This document shows, in pieces, positions 9,836 through 19,446 of a DNA stretch of 64,000 nucleotides (positions are counted from its first letter, which is position 1; each line of letters begins with the position of its first letter). This stretch comes from a virus (Duplodnaviria; Caudoviricetes): IMG/VR virus record IMGVR_UViG_3300037781_000208, positions 18,840 to 82,839 of that record, one strand, 5' to 3'. Below the pieces are notes generated by a model, which worked only from the letters and a program-made list of their open reading frames with translations, ran no database searches and had not been told where the DNA came from. The position numbers and the translations under genes were made by a program.

Positions 9836-10816
9836 TTAGGGCCTGCGGACGGGGCGGAAGCCGATGAAGTCGCTGCGGATGGACGGACCGTAGAAGCTGC
9901 TGCGGTACGCAACGCGGCAGCGGTACACGTCGAAGCCCCAACTGCCGCCCCGGAACACCCGGATCGAACCGCTCGTAGGACCCGTAGGATCGCTGCTAGG
10001 ACTACTCCCGTAGTAGCGGCTCCCATACCAGTCCCCGCACCACTCCACCACATTCCCCGCAATGTCATACAGCCCAAACCCATTCGCCGCAAAACTACCA
10101 ACCGGTGACGTGTAGGGATTATCCCCCTGATCGTAGTCAGGATGGCCCCCCTCACTCCCATTGACATCGTAGCTGTGCGAGTTTGGGCGAGCGTAATAAT
10201 TCGCGTCCGTATGGCTGATTTCATCGCCCCATGGAAAACGCTTTCCCTCCAGCCCCCCACGGGCCGCCTTCTCCCACTCCGCTTCCGTTGGCAAACGATA
10301 CCCATTTTTTTTGTAGTCAACGAACGGCGTCACGTTCCCCGTCCGATATACCGGCCCCCCATCGCTCAAATAATAAACAGGCTCCAATCCTATTTTCTCG
10401 CTCGCCGCATTGCACCACTTCACCACGTCGAACCAATTCACGCTATGTACCGGGTGATCCGCCCCCTTAACCTCGCCCACGCCCGCCAAGTCCGTGTACC
10501 CATTGTTCACAGCCCAATCACGCACTTCCTGCCACTGCCCCCACGTCACCTCCGTCTCTCCAATCCTATACGCACTCAACACAACCGTGTGCACCGGTCG
10601 CTCATCGAGGTAACCCTCACTGAACGGATCCCCCATCTGAAAACTCCCCGCAGGAATCTCCACCATCGGCACTATGTCGAATTCATAAGCAAACCCGGCC
10701 TGAATACGGATAAATTGAGGAATGGAGGCGTCCCAATCAAAGACCGCCTCTCGGCCCTCAACACCGCCCGCATACCAGCGCACCAGCAGCACCGGTGCCT
10801 CTGGTTTGCGCGGCAT
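9836..10816 (-). CDS. Formylglycine-generating enzyme (SUMF1 / FGE-sulfatase) domain protein
   Basis: IPAGSFQMG, ETEVT, HPVHSVNWFD, RLPTEAEWEKAARGG, NGFGLYDIAGNVVEWC, RVFRGGSW, GFRPV. Confidence 0.9.
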   Translation of the reverse strand: MPRKPEAPVLLVRWYAGGVEGREAVFDWDASIPQFIRIQAGFAYEFDIVPMVEIPAGSFQMGDPFSEGYLDERPVHTVVLSAYRIGETEVTWGQWQEVRDWAVNNGYTDLAGVGEVKGADHPVHSVNWFDVVKWCNAASEKIGLEPVYYLSDGGPVYRTGNVTPFVDYKKNGYRLPTEAEWEKAARGGLEGKRFPWGDEISHTDANYYARPNSHSYDVNGSEGGHPDYDQGDNPYTSPVGSFAANGFGLYDIAGNVVEWCGDWYGSRYYGSSPSSDPTGPTSGSIRVFRGGSWGFDVYRCRVAYRSSFYGPSIRSDFIGFRPVRRP

Positions 10817-10884
10817 GGGTGGTTCTCAAAAAAATTTTGACCCCCTACGGCGGAAAGAGTGCGGGCGCCTGACGGCCCCCAGAG

Positions 10885-10918
10885 GAAAAGAAAAAAGGGA
10901 AGTCCCGCTCACGCGGGG
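10885..10918 (-). terminator. Intrinsic terminator downstream of the PEP-CTERM gene
   Basis: Minus strand CCCCGC-GTGA-GCGGG hairpin followed by a T-rich run. Confidence 0.55.
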
Positions 10919-10943
10919 CAGTAAAGGGTAAAAGGACCAGAGG

Positions 10944-11906
10944 CTAAAGGGTGCCGCGCCCTTTGCGCCTCATCAGTGCTAGCCCAAGTCCCAGACAGCC
11001 GAGAATCGCAGCGTAAGCGGAAGGTTCAGGAATGGGCGCGAGGCTGGAGACACGGAATCCGGTGTAGCTGGGCGCGGTGGACGGATCGGAGAAGATGCGG
11101 TACGAGGACTGCAGGTCGTTATCGCTGCCGTTGAAGGCGCCCCCACGCATCCCGCGGACACTGGAGCCCACAATAGTATCATTATACTCCCAGACATTGC
11201 CGCCTTGGTCGAAGGTGCCGTAGTAGCTGGCGGAATTCGAGTACGCGCCGACATCGGTGAACGATCCGACGGCACTATTGTAATTCGCGTTGTTGGACCC
11301 GGTGGCGTCCCCGGGAGCTATGTCCGTCGGTGCAGAGTCGTTCTGCGTCGGGTAGTCGTAATAACTGCCGTTACCATCATAATACGCCGCCTTGTACCAC
11401 TCGTTTTCGCTGGCCACGGCCACGCCGCCGTTGGCCCAGGCCGTCGCGTCGCGGGTGATCGTATTATTCGTTGGATTTGTCGTGCCGTTCAGATTATAAA
11501 CTCCCGTCTCTGTGTCGCCATTGGTCAGCCAATTCGCGAAGCGCGCCGCATCCCAGAAGCTCACATAGTTCACCGGCTTGTTGTCGAAGCCAGTCTTCAC
11601 GCTATAGGTATAGCTCCCGCTACTGCCAGTGCGATTGATGCCGCCACGCCAAGTGCCCATGTCCGGATCGTAGAGCGAATGCGTGTCCGTCGCCGCCACC
11701 GCGTTCAGGAAGGCCGTGTATTGGCTGTTCGTCACCTCATAGGTGCCGATGTGGTAGCCGTAAGAGACTCCGCCGTAGCCAGTGGTATCGTTCGCGTTGC
11801 CCGCATCGCCCACGAAGGATGTCTGGATAACAATCGAAGCGGAGGCGGCAGAAGCGGCCAGCAGGCCAGTCGCGAGTAGGAAGGTTTGGATTGGTTTCAT
11901 TGGCAT
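10944..11906 (-). CDS. PEP-CTERM sorted, FGE-domain surface protein
   Basis: Signal peptide; VGDAGNAND...IGTYEVTNSQY...ENEWYKAAY...DQGGNVWE; C-terminal IPEPSAYAAILGCLGLGLALMRRK. Confidence 0.92.
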   Translation of the reverse strand: MPMKPIQTFLLATGLLAASAASASIVIQTSFVGDAGNANDTTGYGGVSYGYHIGTYEVTNSQYTAFLNAVAATDTHSLYDPDMGTWRGGINRTGSSGSYTYSVKTGFDNKPVNYVSFWDAARFANWLTNGDTETGVYNLNGTTNPTNNTITRDATAWANGGVAVASENEWYKAAYYDGNGSYYDYPTQNDSAPTDIAPGDATGSNNANYNSAVGSFTDVGAYSNSASYYGTFDQGGNVWEYNDTIVGSSVRGMRGGAFNGSDNDLQSSYRIFSDPSTAPSYTGFRVSSLAPIPEPSAYAAILGCLGLGLALMRRKGRGTL

Positions 11907-11978
11907 GTCGTGTGGATGATTTGCTCTGAGTCGTTGTATTTTAAGAAATAAGAAAAGATTGTAAAAGGTGTTAGTTCG

Positions 11979-12165
11979 TCAGATGGGGAGGGTCAAGAAG
12001 GAATTCGAGATCTTTGGCACGATCGCCTGGAAGGCCAGACCGGCGCGGTAGATCGTCGGGTTGGCGATGGTCCAACCAGCAATCACGACGCACAGCAGCC
12101 CGGTAAGGCCACAGGCTCCGGCCGCCAGCGGTCCGGGCAGTACGTCCGTGTTGTACGCGTCCGCA
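11979..12165 (-). pseudogene. Internal fragment of a purine / cytosine permease-like transporter
   Basis: VLPGPLA...GLTGLLCVVIAGWTIANPTIYRAGLAFQAIVP resembles the GWTTANPTIYRAGLA motif recalled from NCS1-like permeases; no intact 5' or 3' part. Confidence 0.55.
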
Positions 12166-12335
12166 GCTCGCGGCTGATCGATCCCCTTTTGCCTTGGACC
12201 TAAGTCTGAGATGTTGCCCATCCGCTTCAGATAGCGAGTCCGTAAAGGCGCCACCGCCTCTTCACCCCTTTCCAAGGCACGCTCCCAAGCGCACTCCGAC
12301 TTACTCCCCCAGTCAACATCCAGTCAACCTCAGTT

Positions 12336-12560
12336 GAGGCAAAATCAAGGCAATTGAGTCGACGAAAGTCGTCTTCTGTCGTGTTCTGTGGAGCCTGCGG
12401 CGGCGTATTAAGGCGTTGATGCTTCGCAACTTACTGGTATTCAACGGGTTGCCGACAGGTTAATGGCGGAGAGAGAGGGACTCGAACTAGGTCTTACAAA
12501 GCGCTTATTTGCAATAACTTACGAATTTGTCAAATTTATGGTAGAGGCATAATCGAGGCA
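12336..12560 (+). repeat. Pair of arm-type repeats flanking the att core (GAGGCAAAATCAAGGCA at 12336-12352; GAGGCATAATCGAGGCA at 12544-12560)
   Basis: 15/17 identical, same orientation, one on each side of the core; also tandem AGTCAAC at about 12311 and 12322. Confidence 0.6.
12464..12487 (-). repeat. att core: 3' fragment of tRNA-Ser (GTTCGAGTCCCTCTCTCTCCGCCA)
   Basis: Reverse complement gives a T-loop, acceptor 3' strand and CCA; upstream sequence is not tRNA-like. Confidence 0.8.
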
Positions 12561-12611
12561 CAAAAGTAGTCTTTTGTTGTGTTATTTGAGTTATTGGACT
12601 CGGAAGAAAAT

Positions 12612-13112
12612 TTAAACATTCAACTCGAAAAACACAGGGGAAGGGTTGTGTTTCAGGTAATCCTCGTCCGACAACTTCTCGTAGCGGATAAATTGGCCAG
12701 TCCTATCGATACGGAAATTATTAGAGTACAGCAAAAACCTTGCTCGAAGTCCTGAATCTTCTCGGTTCGTGTTAACTTGAGCTTTGAGTTTAACAACGCC
12801 ATCTAAGCGCTTTGCCTGATCTATTAGGAAACGTAATGCAAACCTTCCAACTCCTTGGCATTGATGATCTTTATAAACTCCAATTGTGATGACTCGAGCA
12901 GCTGGATTATCTTTGGCCGGAACCCACCATGCGAATCCTAACTCGGTAAGGCTAGGATCAAAGAGTAGCCACACATCGACACTATCATTAAACTGTTCTC
13001 CAAGCCGACCAGCAGTTCCATGCTCCAATTTAAATTCGTTCAAATGAGAACAAACCTTTTCATGAATCTTGTAGGGCTTCGGCTGTAACCTGGCAGAGTA
13101 ATTACTACTCAT
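12612..13112 (-). CDS. GNAT-family acetyltransferase-like protein
   Basis: Motif A-like ITIGVYKDHQCQGVGRFAL; last gene of the low-GC operon. Confidence 0.65.
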   Translation of the reverse strand: MSSNYSARLQPKPYKIHEKVCSHLNEFKLEHGTAGRLGEQFNDSVDVWLLFDPSLTELGFAWWVPAKDNPAARVITIGVYKDHQCQGVGRFALRFLIDQAKRLDGVVKLKAQVNTNREDSGLRARFLLYSNNFRIDRTGQFIRYEKLSDEDYLKHNPSPVFFELNV

Positions 13113-13140
13113 TATGTGTGCAATTTGTTCTTATTCAAAA

Positions 13141-13695
13141 TTATTCAAAGATGTCCCGCATAAACCGCTCTGTATTGAAGTCAGCCCTTCGCACGGTTTT
13201 ACCGAGGTAACGACTTGCTATTGAGATCCAAGTGTCGAGCCTATGGTTTGTAAACTGGCGCCGCCACGATATTTTGAGATCATCAATGGAGGCGCTTTCA
13301 ATAGTGTCCCTAATTTCAGGTGCTGAGGACTGCAAATGGGCTACAACCTGTGGAACCCGGAAGTATGTATTACGCCCTGCGCGAATTGACGGAACTGTGC
13401 CTCCGGCACTAAATAAGTCGCGTATATTATGCGGAAGAATTCCCTTGCTGTTGAGAAGCCACATTGTAACCCCCATATATTTTGTCTGAGCAGTCCCTAA
13501 TATTTCTGGAAAATATGCAAAACCTTGAGACCGAATAGAACTCTTCTCTATCTGAGTCAGCTCTGAAAAGAATCTTAATTCTCTTCTTGCGCTAACATCT
13601 CCGAAGCTATCCTCGATTACAAAATCGAAATGCCCTCCCTCAGCACGCTCCCAATCTAGCCATTCAATAAATTTCATATCAATCAGGGTAATCAA
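13141..13695 (-). CDS. Hypothetical protein resembling the C-terminal domain of the REase at 59375..60523
   Basis: IRDLFSAGGTV...FRVPQVV aligns with IKDCFTAGGTV...IRVPRIF; preceded by FPEILG...KY...WL. Confidence 0.65.
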   Translation of the reverse strand: MITLIDMKFIEWLDWERAEGGHFDFVIEDSFGDVSARRELRFFSELTQIEKSSIRSQGFAYFPEILGTAQTKYMGVTMWLLNSKGILPHNIRDLFSAGGTVPSIRAGRNTYFRVPQVVAHLQSSAPEIRDTIESASIDDLKISWRRQFTNHRLDTWISIASRYLGKTVRRADFNTERFMRDIFE

Positions 13696-15343
13696 ATATT
13701 GTGGGATCCAAATGGGTTAATTTAGGATCTGGCTCATCTAGTTTAGCCTGGTCAAGCAACCACTCTTTAGCAAAAGACCCTTTGGAAAGATTCACAAAAT
13801 TAACTAGTTCTCCACCTAGTTCTAACTTCTCTAATCTACTTCCCTTAAGGGATTCTCTCATAGAGATAATCTCTGCAATCCGAGAAAGATCAGAAACAAA
13901 ATCAAGTACAACAACTTTATCTTTTCCCTTTTTGATCCGCAATCCGCGCCCAAGCTGTTGGACAAATATTCTTCTGCTGTGGGTTACTCTCATAAACACA
14001 ATTATATCCACATCTGGAACATCAACACCTTCGTTGAACATGTCGACTGATGTCATAAACTTAAATTCGCCCTTTCGGAATCTTGTGAGCAGCTTTGTTT
14101 GTTCCTTCTCATCCAATTGAGAATGGATAGTTTCAGCTGGAAGGTTATAGCTCCTCAACATACCAGCAAAATACTCCGCATGCTCGATTGATGGACTAAA
14201 AACCAAGCCCGACTTTCTGTTTTCGGCATTGAAGATACTGAGAATCATTTTGATTGCTTCAGTGTCTCTAGTTGGGATCAAAAGCTTCTTGTTAAGTTGC
14301 TTAACCGTGTAGTTCTCCTTGGATAATTTTTCGATGCTTTCCCAGTCAAGATTGTCAGCCAGCAGGCGGTAATCTACTTCTGACAGGAAACCTCTCTTCA
14401 TTCCCTCGGAAATACCCATGTTCAATAGAGATGGTCCAAAAATCTCTTCTATCTGAAATTTGTCGCCTCTCCACGGTGTAGCGGTTACCCCAAAAATCAT
14501 TGAGCCAGAGAGATTAGATAGCAAACGCTTGTAATTTTCAGCACCGGAAGAGTGCGCCTCATCCACCATTACCAAATCGGGCGTCGGTACCTCGTTTGCC
14601 AGATTTCGATAACTTTGGTAGGTGCTGAATGTAATACCTTCCCAAGAACTAGGACGCTCATTCCCATCCAAATAATTGGTTTGAATGCCATAGGGTAGTT
14701 GAGACCAAAAACTAACAATTAACTGCTTCGTTATAGCCCTCGTATGAGCGAGCACGAGTATTCTTTTGTTTGGCAATGCCCCCACTCGCAGAAGGTCTGC
14801 AACCAACTCCGCCATTACCAGCGATTTTCCTAGTCCGGTTGCGAGAACAATCAATCCTCTGCCAGAGGTTCTAAGACTTTCAGATGCAAGTTCAACGGCC
14901 TCCTTTTGGTAATCACGAGGTCTTTTCCATTCCAGCGAATACTCGTTGGCCTGCTCAGCAAAAGATAATATCGCCTTAGGGTCTAATAATCCTATATCTA
15001 ACCCTCGGTTCGCCCAGGATTTTATCTCGTCCGTGACACTCTTGGAAACCGGACAGGAGAATGCAACAGCCAATCTGTTGGCGCGATAAAAGGTTCCCGC
15101 ATTGATGACTTCTTGTATTGCTTTTGGACTAGTATTGCCAGTTGAAGAGAACTTGCATTGAACAATCCATAATTCTCCATTCTTCATCGCCAGAATATCA
15201 GCGCCCTTGTCACCGCTTCCACCAACAACCTTAACGTCCTGGAAGTTGGAGTGGATCATTAATCTGGCGACATCTCTTTCGAATGCTTGCCAAGGGCCTG
15301 TTTGCAATCGATCTGCAACTTGTTTGGAAATTTCGCTCATCAA
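13679..15343 (-). CDS. Mrr-like PD-(D/E)xK nuclease fused to an SF2 (DEAH, Res-type) helicase
   Basis: GDKGADILA...VQCK at the N-terminus; LATGLGKS, DEAH, TATP, SVDMFNEGVDVP, QQLGRGLR. Confidence 0.88.
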   Translation of the reverse strand: MMSEISKQVADRLQTGPWQAFERDVARLMIHSNFQDVKVVGGSGDKGADILAMKNGELWIVQCKFSSTGNTSPKAIQEVINAGTFYRANRLAVAFSCPVSKSVTDEIKSWANRGLDIGLLDPKAILSFAEQANEYSLEWKRPRDYQKEAVELASESLRTSGRGLIVLATGLGKSLVMAELVADLLRVGALPNKRILVLAHTRAITKQLIVSFWSQLPYGIQTNYLDGNERPSSWEGITFSTYQSYRNLANEVPTPDLVMVDEAHSSGAENYKRLLSNLSGSMIFGVTATPWRGDKFQIEEIFGPSLLNMGISEGMKRGFLSEVDYRLLADNLDWESIEKLSKENYTVKQLNKKLLIPTRDTEAIKMILSIFNAENRKSGLVFSPSIEHAEYFAGMLRSYNLPAETIHSQLDEKEQTKLLTRFRKGEFKFMTSVDMFNEGVDVPDVDIIVFMRVTHSRRIFVQQLGRGLRIKKGKDKVVVLDFVSDLSRIAEIISMRESLKGSRLEKLELGGELVNFVNLSKGSFAKEWLLDQAKLDEPDPKLTHLDPTIFDYPD

Positions 15344-15353
15344 CGGAGAGTTC

Positions 15354-17759
15354 TTAGATTAGACCCTTCAATTTCATAATCCCGAGATAAACTCTCTTTC
15401 TGTCTTCAGACTGTATTTCGTTTAACGAGAATGAATCAGAATAGCAAATATCAATAATCTCTCTCAACGTGTTGGTGACACTATTAAGGGTAATTTCCTG
15501 TATTTCTAATACCTCTGAATCGCTACCACCAGACTCTGACATCTCAAGTTGACTGTATGCTAGGTCGAAAACTTCTCCATCCATGAAGGCCGTAGGGATT
15601 TGCCCGATAACATCATGCAGTTGCGGCTTTGGACAGTAAGCTAAGTACTCTCCCGTCTTCGAAAGGTTGGGAATATTCTTAGCGCCGGCCTTCATGGCCG
15701 TAAGCTGTATGGATTTCTTGGTTGATTCATTTAGCCGTTCATACTCCTCAACGAAATTGACGCTTCCCTTTCTCTCCCTAAACTTCTCGATTATCCGCAC
15801 AATGAGCTGATCGGCGGAAACTCTTAAGTCTGAAACAGCTATGCTAGTCTCGTGAGCGTAACGTTTTCTCAATCTGGAAAGAATTTGTGAAAACGTGACA
15901 GCCGAATGTCTGCTAATATCCTTAGCTAAAAAAGCTATTTCTGTCAGAAGGGCGTCCTTTGGTGAAAAGGTAAGGTTGTCATAGATTGGATGCCTTGGTT
16001 TAAAGCAAAATTCGTGAACTCCATCGGGTCGCGCTGACAAAGTCCATGGTAGATCTGGCTCCTCCTTCCCTGGTACTTTACTTTCCAATTCGAATGCCTG
16101 TACATTGAAAGTGTGTTTAACATCCTCTACATAAAATTCTGCTGACAGCTCACGAACGGGAATCTTCTTTAATTCAGGTTGCTCCTCAGTGACATTTTCA
16201 TTCTGGTCTGGTCCCTTACCACCCTGTTGACCTCCAGACTGATCATTCGCCCCAAACCCACTAAGTCCTGGGTCATCAGGCCCTCCGCCCTTGGAGTTTC
16301 CACCACCAGTAAGCTTTTCATTATCGTCAATTAAAGCCTGAGCGTACCACCTTTCGTCTGAGATGTAGTCGGAATTTCCATCCTCAAAATACTTTCCCCA
16401 AGTGGCAGCCACAACGTTATTCTGAAGAACAAATTGGGTTTGATAAAATTTTGGATTTTTATTTGTAACGGGCCGCTGGAAAGCTCGCCAAAACCGGGCT
16501 AGAACAGATTCATTTGGAGCATAACCCAATTCAGTGCAACGCCTGGCCCTGAATGGCGCTTCACCTCTTACAATATTTACCATTTCCGACCACATTGTAT
16601 CATTTCTGACAAAACGATCTTTTGTGTATGAGACCTTGCAATGGTCTACATGTATTTCACCTACAATCCTTCCACGTCCACGGACATCATCATAAGGATA
16701 TTCGAGTTCCTTAAGCTCATTTCCCTCACCGTCTATTCCAACAAAGTAGAATAGATCTTTGCAGTCTATTTCTATCTTTCTTCCGTTCCTGATTAGATCA
16801 AAACCATATTTTTCTTTGTCTAAATATCTTTGTAAACCAACCCAGCCCTTAATTCTTCGTTTTGCTGGCTTTAGCTTATCGTCTTTTCCGCATTGAGGGC
16901 ATGAATCTAAATCGTCACCGACCCAGATCCAGCAAGAATGACAAAACTTCTTTTCGGGTAGTGTAAAATCAAATTCCTGAAATGCGCTTACAGGACCTTC
17001 CTTTGTTTCCTTAACTCTTGGTTCGCTATTTAAAGGATCTCCCCAAACACAAAATCGATGCGGATTACAAGTCGTGTTATTTAGCTTTATTTTAACGCCG
17101 ATCGGGTAGGGATTTTCCCGAAGCATGGAACCATAAATCCTCTCAATACGCTTCTGGATGACGCTGTAGGAGGAAGGTTGTGCAAACCAATTCAATTGTT
17201 CCTGCTTTAATGAAGATATTTCAACTTCCGTTCCCGACTCATTCTTGTTAGTTTTCGGCCGGGTAAGCTTTGGAGCTGTAAACTCTCCGTCTTGTTGCAT
17301 TTTCCCAAAGTCAATTTCTATCCCTGTCCACTCGGGATCTCCGCATCTAGTGGTCCACACGGTAGTTATGTTTCCCAAACGGGCGGTTGCTATATTGAAG
17401 CCCATGCCAAACAATCCAAGATTATCCAGCGGGCTGTTGGAGGTCCATCCCGCTCTGACAGCGTTTTGGAGTTGTTCCAATGACATGCCATTTGCGTTAT
17501 CCCTATAAGTGATTCTGGCTTGGTTCCGGCTTACACGAGAAGTGGGGAAGTTGATGAATATCTGCGGATTATCAATTTTACCGCCGGATTGTTTGTCGGC
17601 TATAAATGCGTCGATAGAATTATCTATCAGTTCTGCAAAGCACTGCCACTGAGCAAAAGTTATCTCACCCAGCATCGCTAGGACGCGTGGGGTTGGTTTA
17701 ATATCAAGTTTGTCGCTCATACACTTTAGGGATATCTTGATGGTGCAATACCCCCGCAA
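15354..17759 (-). CDS. GHKL (MORC / MutL-like) ATPase with a Zn-ribbon insert; likely start ATG 17720
   Basis: AELIDNSIDA (N box), DNANGM (G1), GLFGMGFNIA (G2); CHSC...CPQC. Confidence 0.85.
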   Translation of the reverse strand: MRGYCTIKISLKCMSDKLDIKPTPRVLAMLGEITFAQWQCFAELIDNSIDAFIADKQSGGKIDNPQIFINFPTSRVSRNQARITYRDNANGMSLEQLQNAVRAGWTSNSPLDNLGLFGMGFNIATARLGNITTVWTTRCGDPEWTGIEIDFGKMQQDGEFTAPKLTRPKTNKNESGTEVEISSLKQEQLNWFAQPSSYSVIQKRIERIYGSMLRENPYPIGVKIKLNNTTCNPHRFCVWGDPLNSEPRVKETKEGPVSAFQEFDFTLPEKKFCHSCWIWVGDDLDSCPQCGKDDKLKPAKRRIKGWVGLQRYLDKEKYGFDLIRNGRKIEIDCKDLFYFVGIDGEGNELKELEYPYDDVRGRGRIVGEIHVDHCKVSYTKDRFVRNDTMWSEMVNIVRGEAPFRARRCTELGYAPNESVLARFWRAFQRPVTNKNPKFYQTQFVLQNNVVAATWGKYFEDGNSDYISDERWYAQALIDDNEKLTGGGNSKGGGPDDPGLSGFGANDQSGGQQGGKGPDQNENVTEEQPELKKIPVRELSAEFYVEDVKHTFNVQAFELESKVPGKEEPDLPWTLSARPDGVHEFCFKPRHPIYDNLTFSPKDALLTEIAFLAKDISRHSAVTFSQILSRLRKRYAHETSIAVSDLRVSADQLIVRIIEKFRERKGSVNFVEEYERLNESTKKSIQLTAMKAGAKNIPNLSKTGEYLAYCPKPQLHDVIGQIPTAFMDGEVFDLAYSQLEMSESGGSDSEVLEIQEITLNSVTNTLREIIDICYSDSFSLNEIQSEDRKRVYLGIMKLKGLI

Positions 17760-17843
17760 TATCCCTTTCTCAAGGCAAAAATGTAAAGCGCATGAGGTCT
17801 ATCCAGCGAAGAACTAGTATGCAGTGAATCCGCAAAGGGTTAA

Positions 17844-19097
17844 TTAGTCTGCAGAGAGAAACTCATCTAGTGGCTCTGACATAATCGAGGCCATCTCACT
17901 GTGCACCTCAACCGGTACCGTTATCACGACTTTATTCACATCCAAATCACAGTCCAGCGAAGAGTTTAAATCTCTACAAGATAGTAACTTATGCATTCTT
18001 ATGTTTCTTTCTGGATCATGAGCTTCCGCTATCGCCATTGCCCACTCCAAGCCGATTCTTTCTTCAGGAGATCGTCTGTAGGACTTATATTCGGCCAGAA
18101 ATTCCTTCAGGATTTGAGCATTCTTCCAGTCCTTTGCATAACGAATCAAAGTTTTCCTGTTCTGCCTTTCCCATTTGAGCTTTTGTGCGAGTTCTTTCCT
18201 TTTTTGCTCGGTGTAAGCAACTTCAATGGCCTGTGCTGCCTCCATTCTGGCAATTTTCGCTTCCTCCAGTCGTCTTTGCCTCCGCCTCTCGGCGACATCA
18301 ATTCTCTCCTGCCTTTTGACGGAAGCGTAGAGATGAACATTTTCAAGGAACTCTACTAACTGGGTTTCAATCACTTGATGATCTGTATCGTTCCAAGAAT
18401 GCCGCATTGAGATCGGGAAATAGTAGCCTACAATTTCAAGAGTCAGCTTACCTTTGGGAACATGGTCATATTCCTTCCAACGCCAGTTAGACTCCCTTTC
18501 AATCCGACGCTTTTTCTCGCGAATACGAAAAGGCACCGACTCATCCCCGACAATAATCCGTGTTCCGTCAATTCCTGAACCGGGCTTTACTTCCCACCCC
18601 AATGACGTGCAGGCATCGATAATACCCTGATAGATTCTGAGGGCTCGATGACAAAGCTCTTTTGTTACCTCAAGGTATAGGGAACTATCTCCCATGGCGT
18701 GGAACATTCCATGATGAGCGTATCGATTATTCTCAAAAGAAGCCCGTGTCCTAGTGATTATTGGATGGCAACCCTTTAAGTCCTTCGGGACGCAAACCTT
18801 TATATCACCAATTTCACCAGCGCCCCTAGGGATACGGGTTTCTCTAGAACGGTCATCAACCGTTATAGTTGTTGAAGTCGGCGTCTTTTCAGACTTTGGG
18901 CCAAGGGCTGGAACCGGTGGTTTCTGTCCAGCGTCCACTTTCGCCCAGTATCCCCTAGGCGGTGTTGGAACCAATACCCTTCGACAAGCTTTCTTCAGAC
19001 CCACATCTGAAATGCCAATCTCCTGGGCTACCTGAAACATCGGCTTTTCCCATACTCTGTGGTAGAGCTCTTCCCGTGTGAATTCCATCTTTTCCAT
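17844..19097 (-). CDS. Conserved mobile-element protein with an N-terminal HTH
   Basis: TREELYHRVWEKPMFQVAQEIGISDVGLKKACRR..VPTPPRGYWAK N-terminus; C-terminal coiled coil. Confidence 0.8.
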   Translation of the reverse strand: MEKMEFTREELYHRVWEKPMFQVAQEIGISDVGLKKACRRVLVPTPPRGYWAKVDAGQKPPVPALGPKSEKTPTSTTITVDDRSRETRIPRGAGEIGDIKVCVPKDLKGCHPIITRTRASFENNRYAHHGMFHAMGDSSLYLEVTKELCHRALRIYQGIIDACTSLGWEVKPGSGIDGTRIIVGDESVPFRIREKKRRIERESNWRWKEYDHVPKGKLTLEIVGYYFPISMRHSWNDTDHQVIETQLVEFLENVHLYASVKRQERIDVAERRRQRRLEEAKIARMEAAQAIEVAYTEQKRKELAQKLKWERQNRKTLIRYAKDWKNAQILKEFLAEYKSYRRSPEERIGLEWAMAIAEAHDPERNIRMHKLLSCRDLNSSLDCDLDVNKVVITVPVEVHSEMASIMSEPLDEFLSAD

Positions 19098-19160
19098 ACT
19101 TCGATATTAGAAGACTTCGGCTTCGAAATCAACGACTTGCTAGGCAGAAAGAAATGATTT

Positions 19161-19388
19161 TCACCTCCAGCTTCGAGGGTGAATAGTCCAATTCTCATTG
19201 AGCGCTTTTCTCACCTCTTCCACATCAAACCGGACGAGATGTCCCAGCTTATAATAGGGGAACTTCCGCTGAGACTGCATTTGACGAACCCATCGCAGTG
19301 AGGGACGACCCTTCTCATCGAACAAGGCCTCTAATAGCCCGTGGGCATCAACTAACTTTCTTTCTTCGGTGGGTTCACGGATTTCCAT
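19161..19388 (-). CDS. Excisionase / MerR-like small HTH protein
   Basis: SLRWVRQMQSQRKFPYYKLGHLVRFDVEEV; start trimmed to ATG 19388. Confidence 0.7.
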   Translation of the reverse strand: MEIREPTEERKLVDAHGLLEALFDEKGRPSLRWVRQMQSQRKFPYYKLGHLVRFDVEEVRKALNENWTIHPRSWR

Positions 19389-19446
19389 ACACCTAGATTC
19401 CGCGAGCCAAATAGCAATGCCCAGCAACCAGATTCACTATTCTTCA

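Larger units (their letters stand above)
1..12487. mobile_element. Right end of integrated element / prophage A (continues left of the window)
   Basis: Carries a paralogous copy of the early two-gene module of prophage B and two tyrosine recombinases; ends at the tRNA-Ser 3' fragment. Confidence 0.65.

Noticed and set aside
12464-12540. Intact tRNA-Ser
   Set aside because: Only the T-loop-to-CCA 24 nt are present; the upstream sequence forms no anticodon or D arm.
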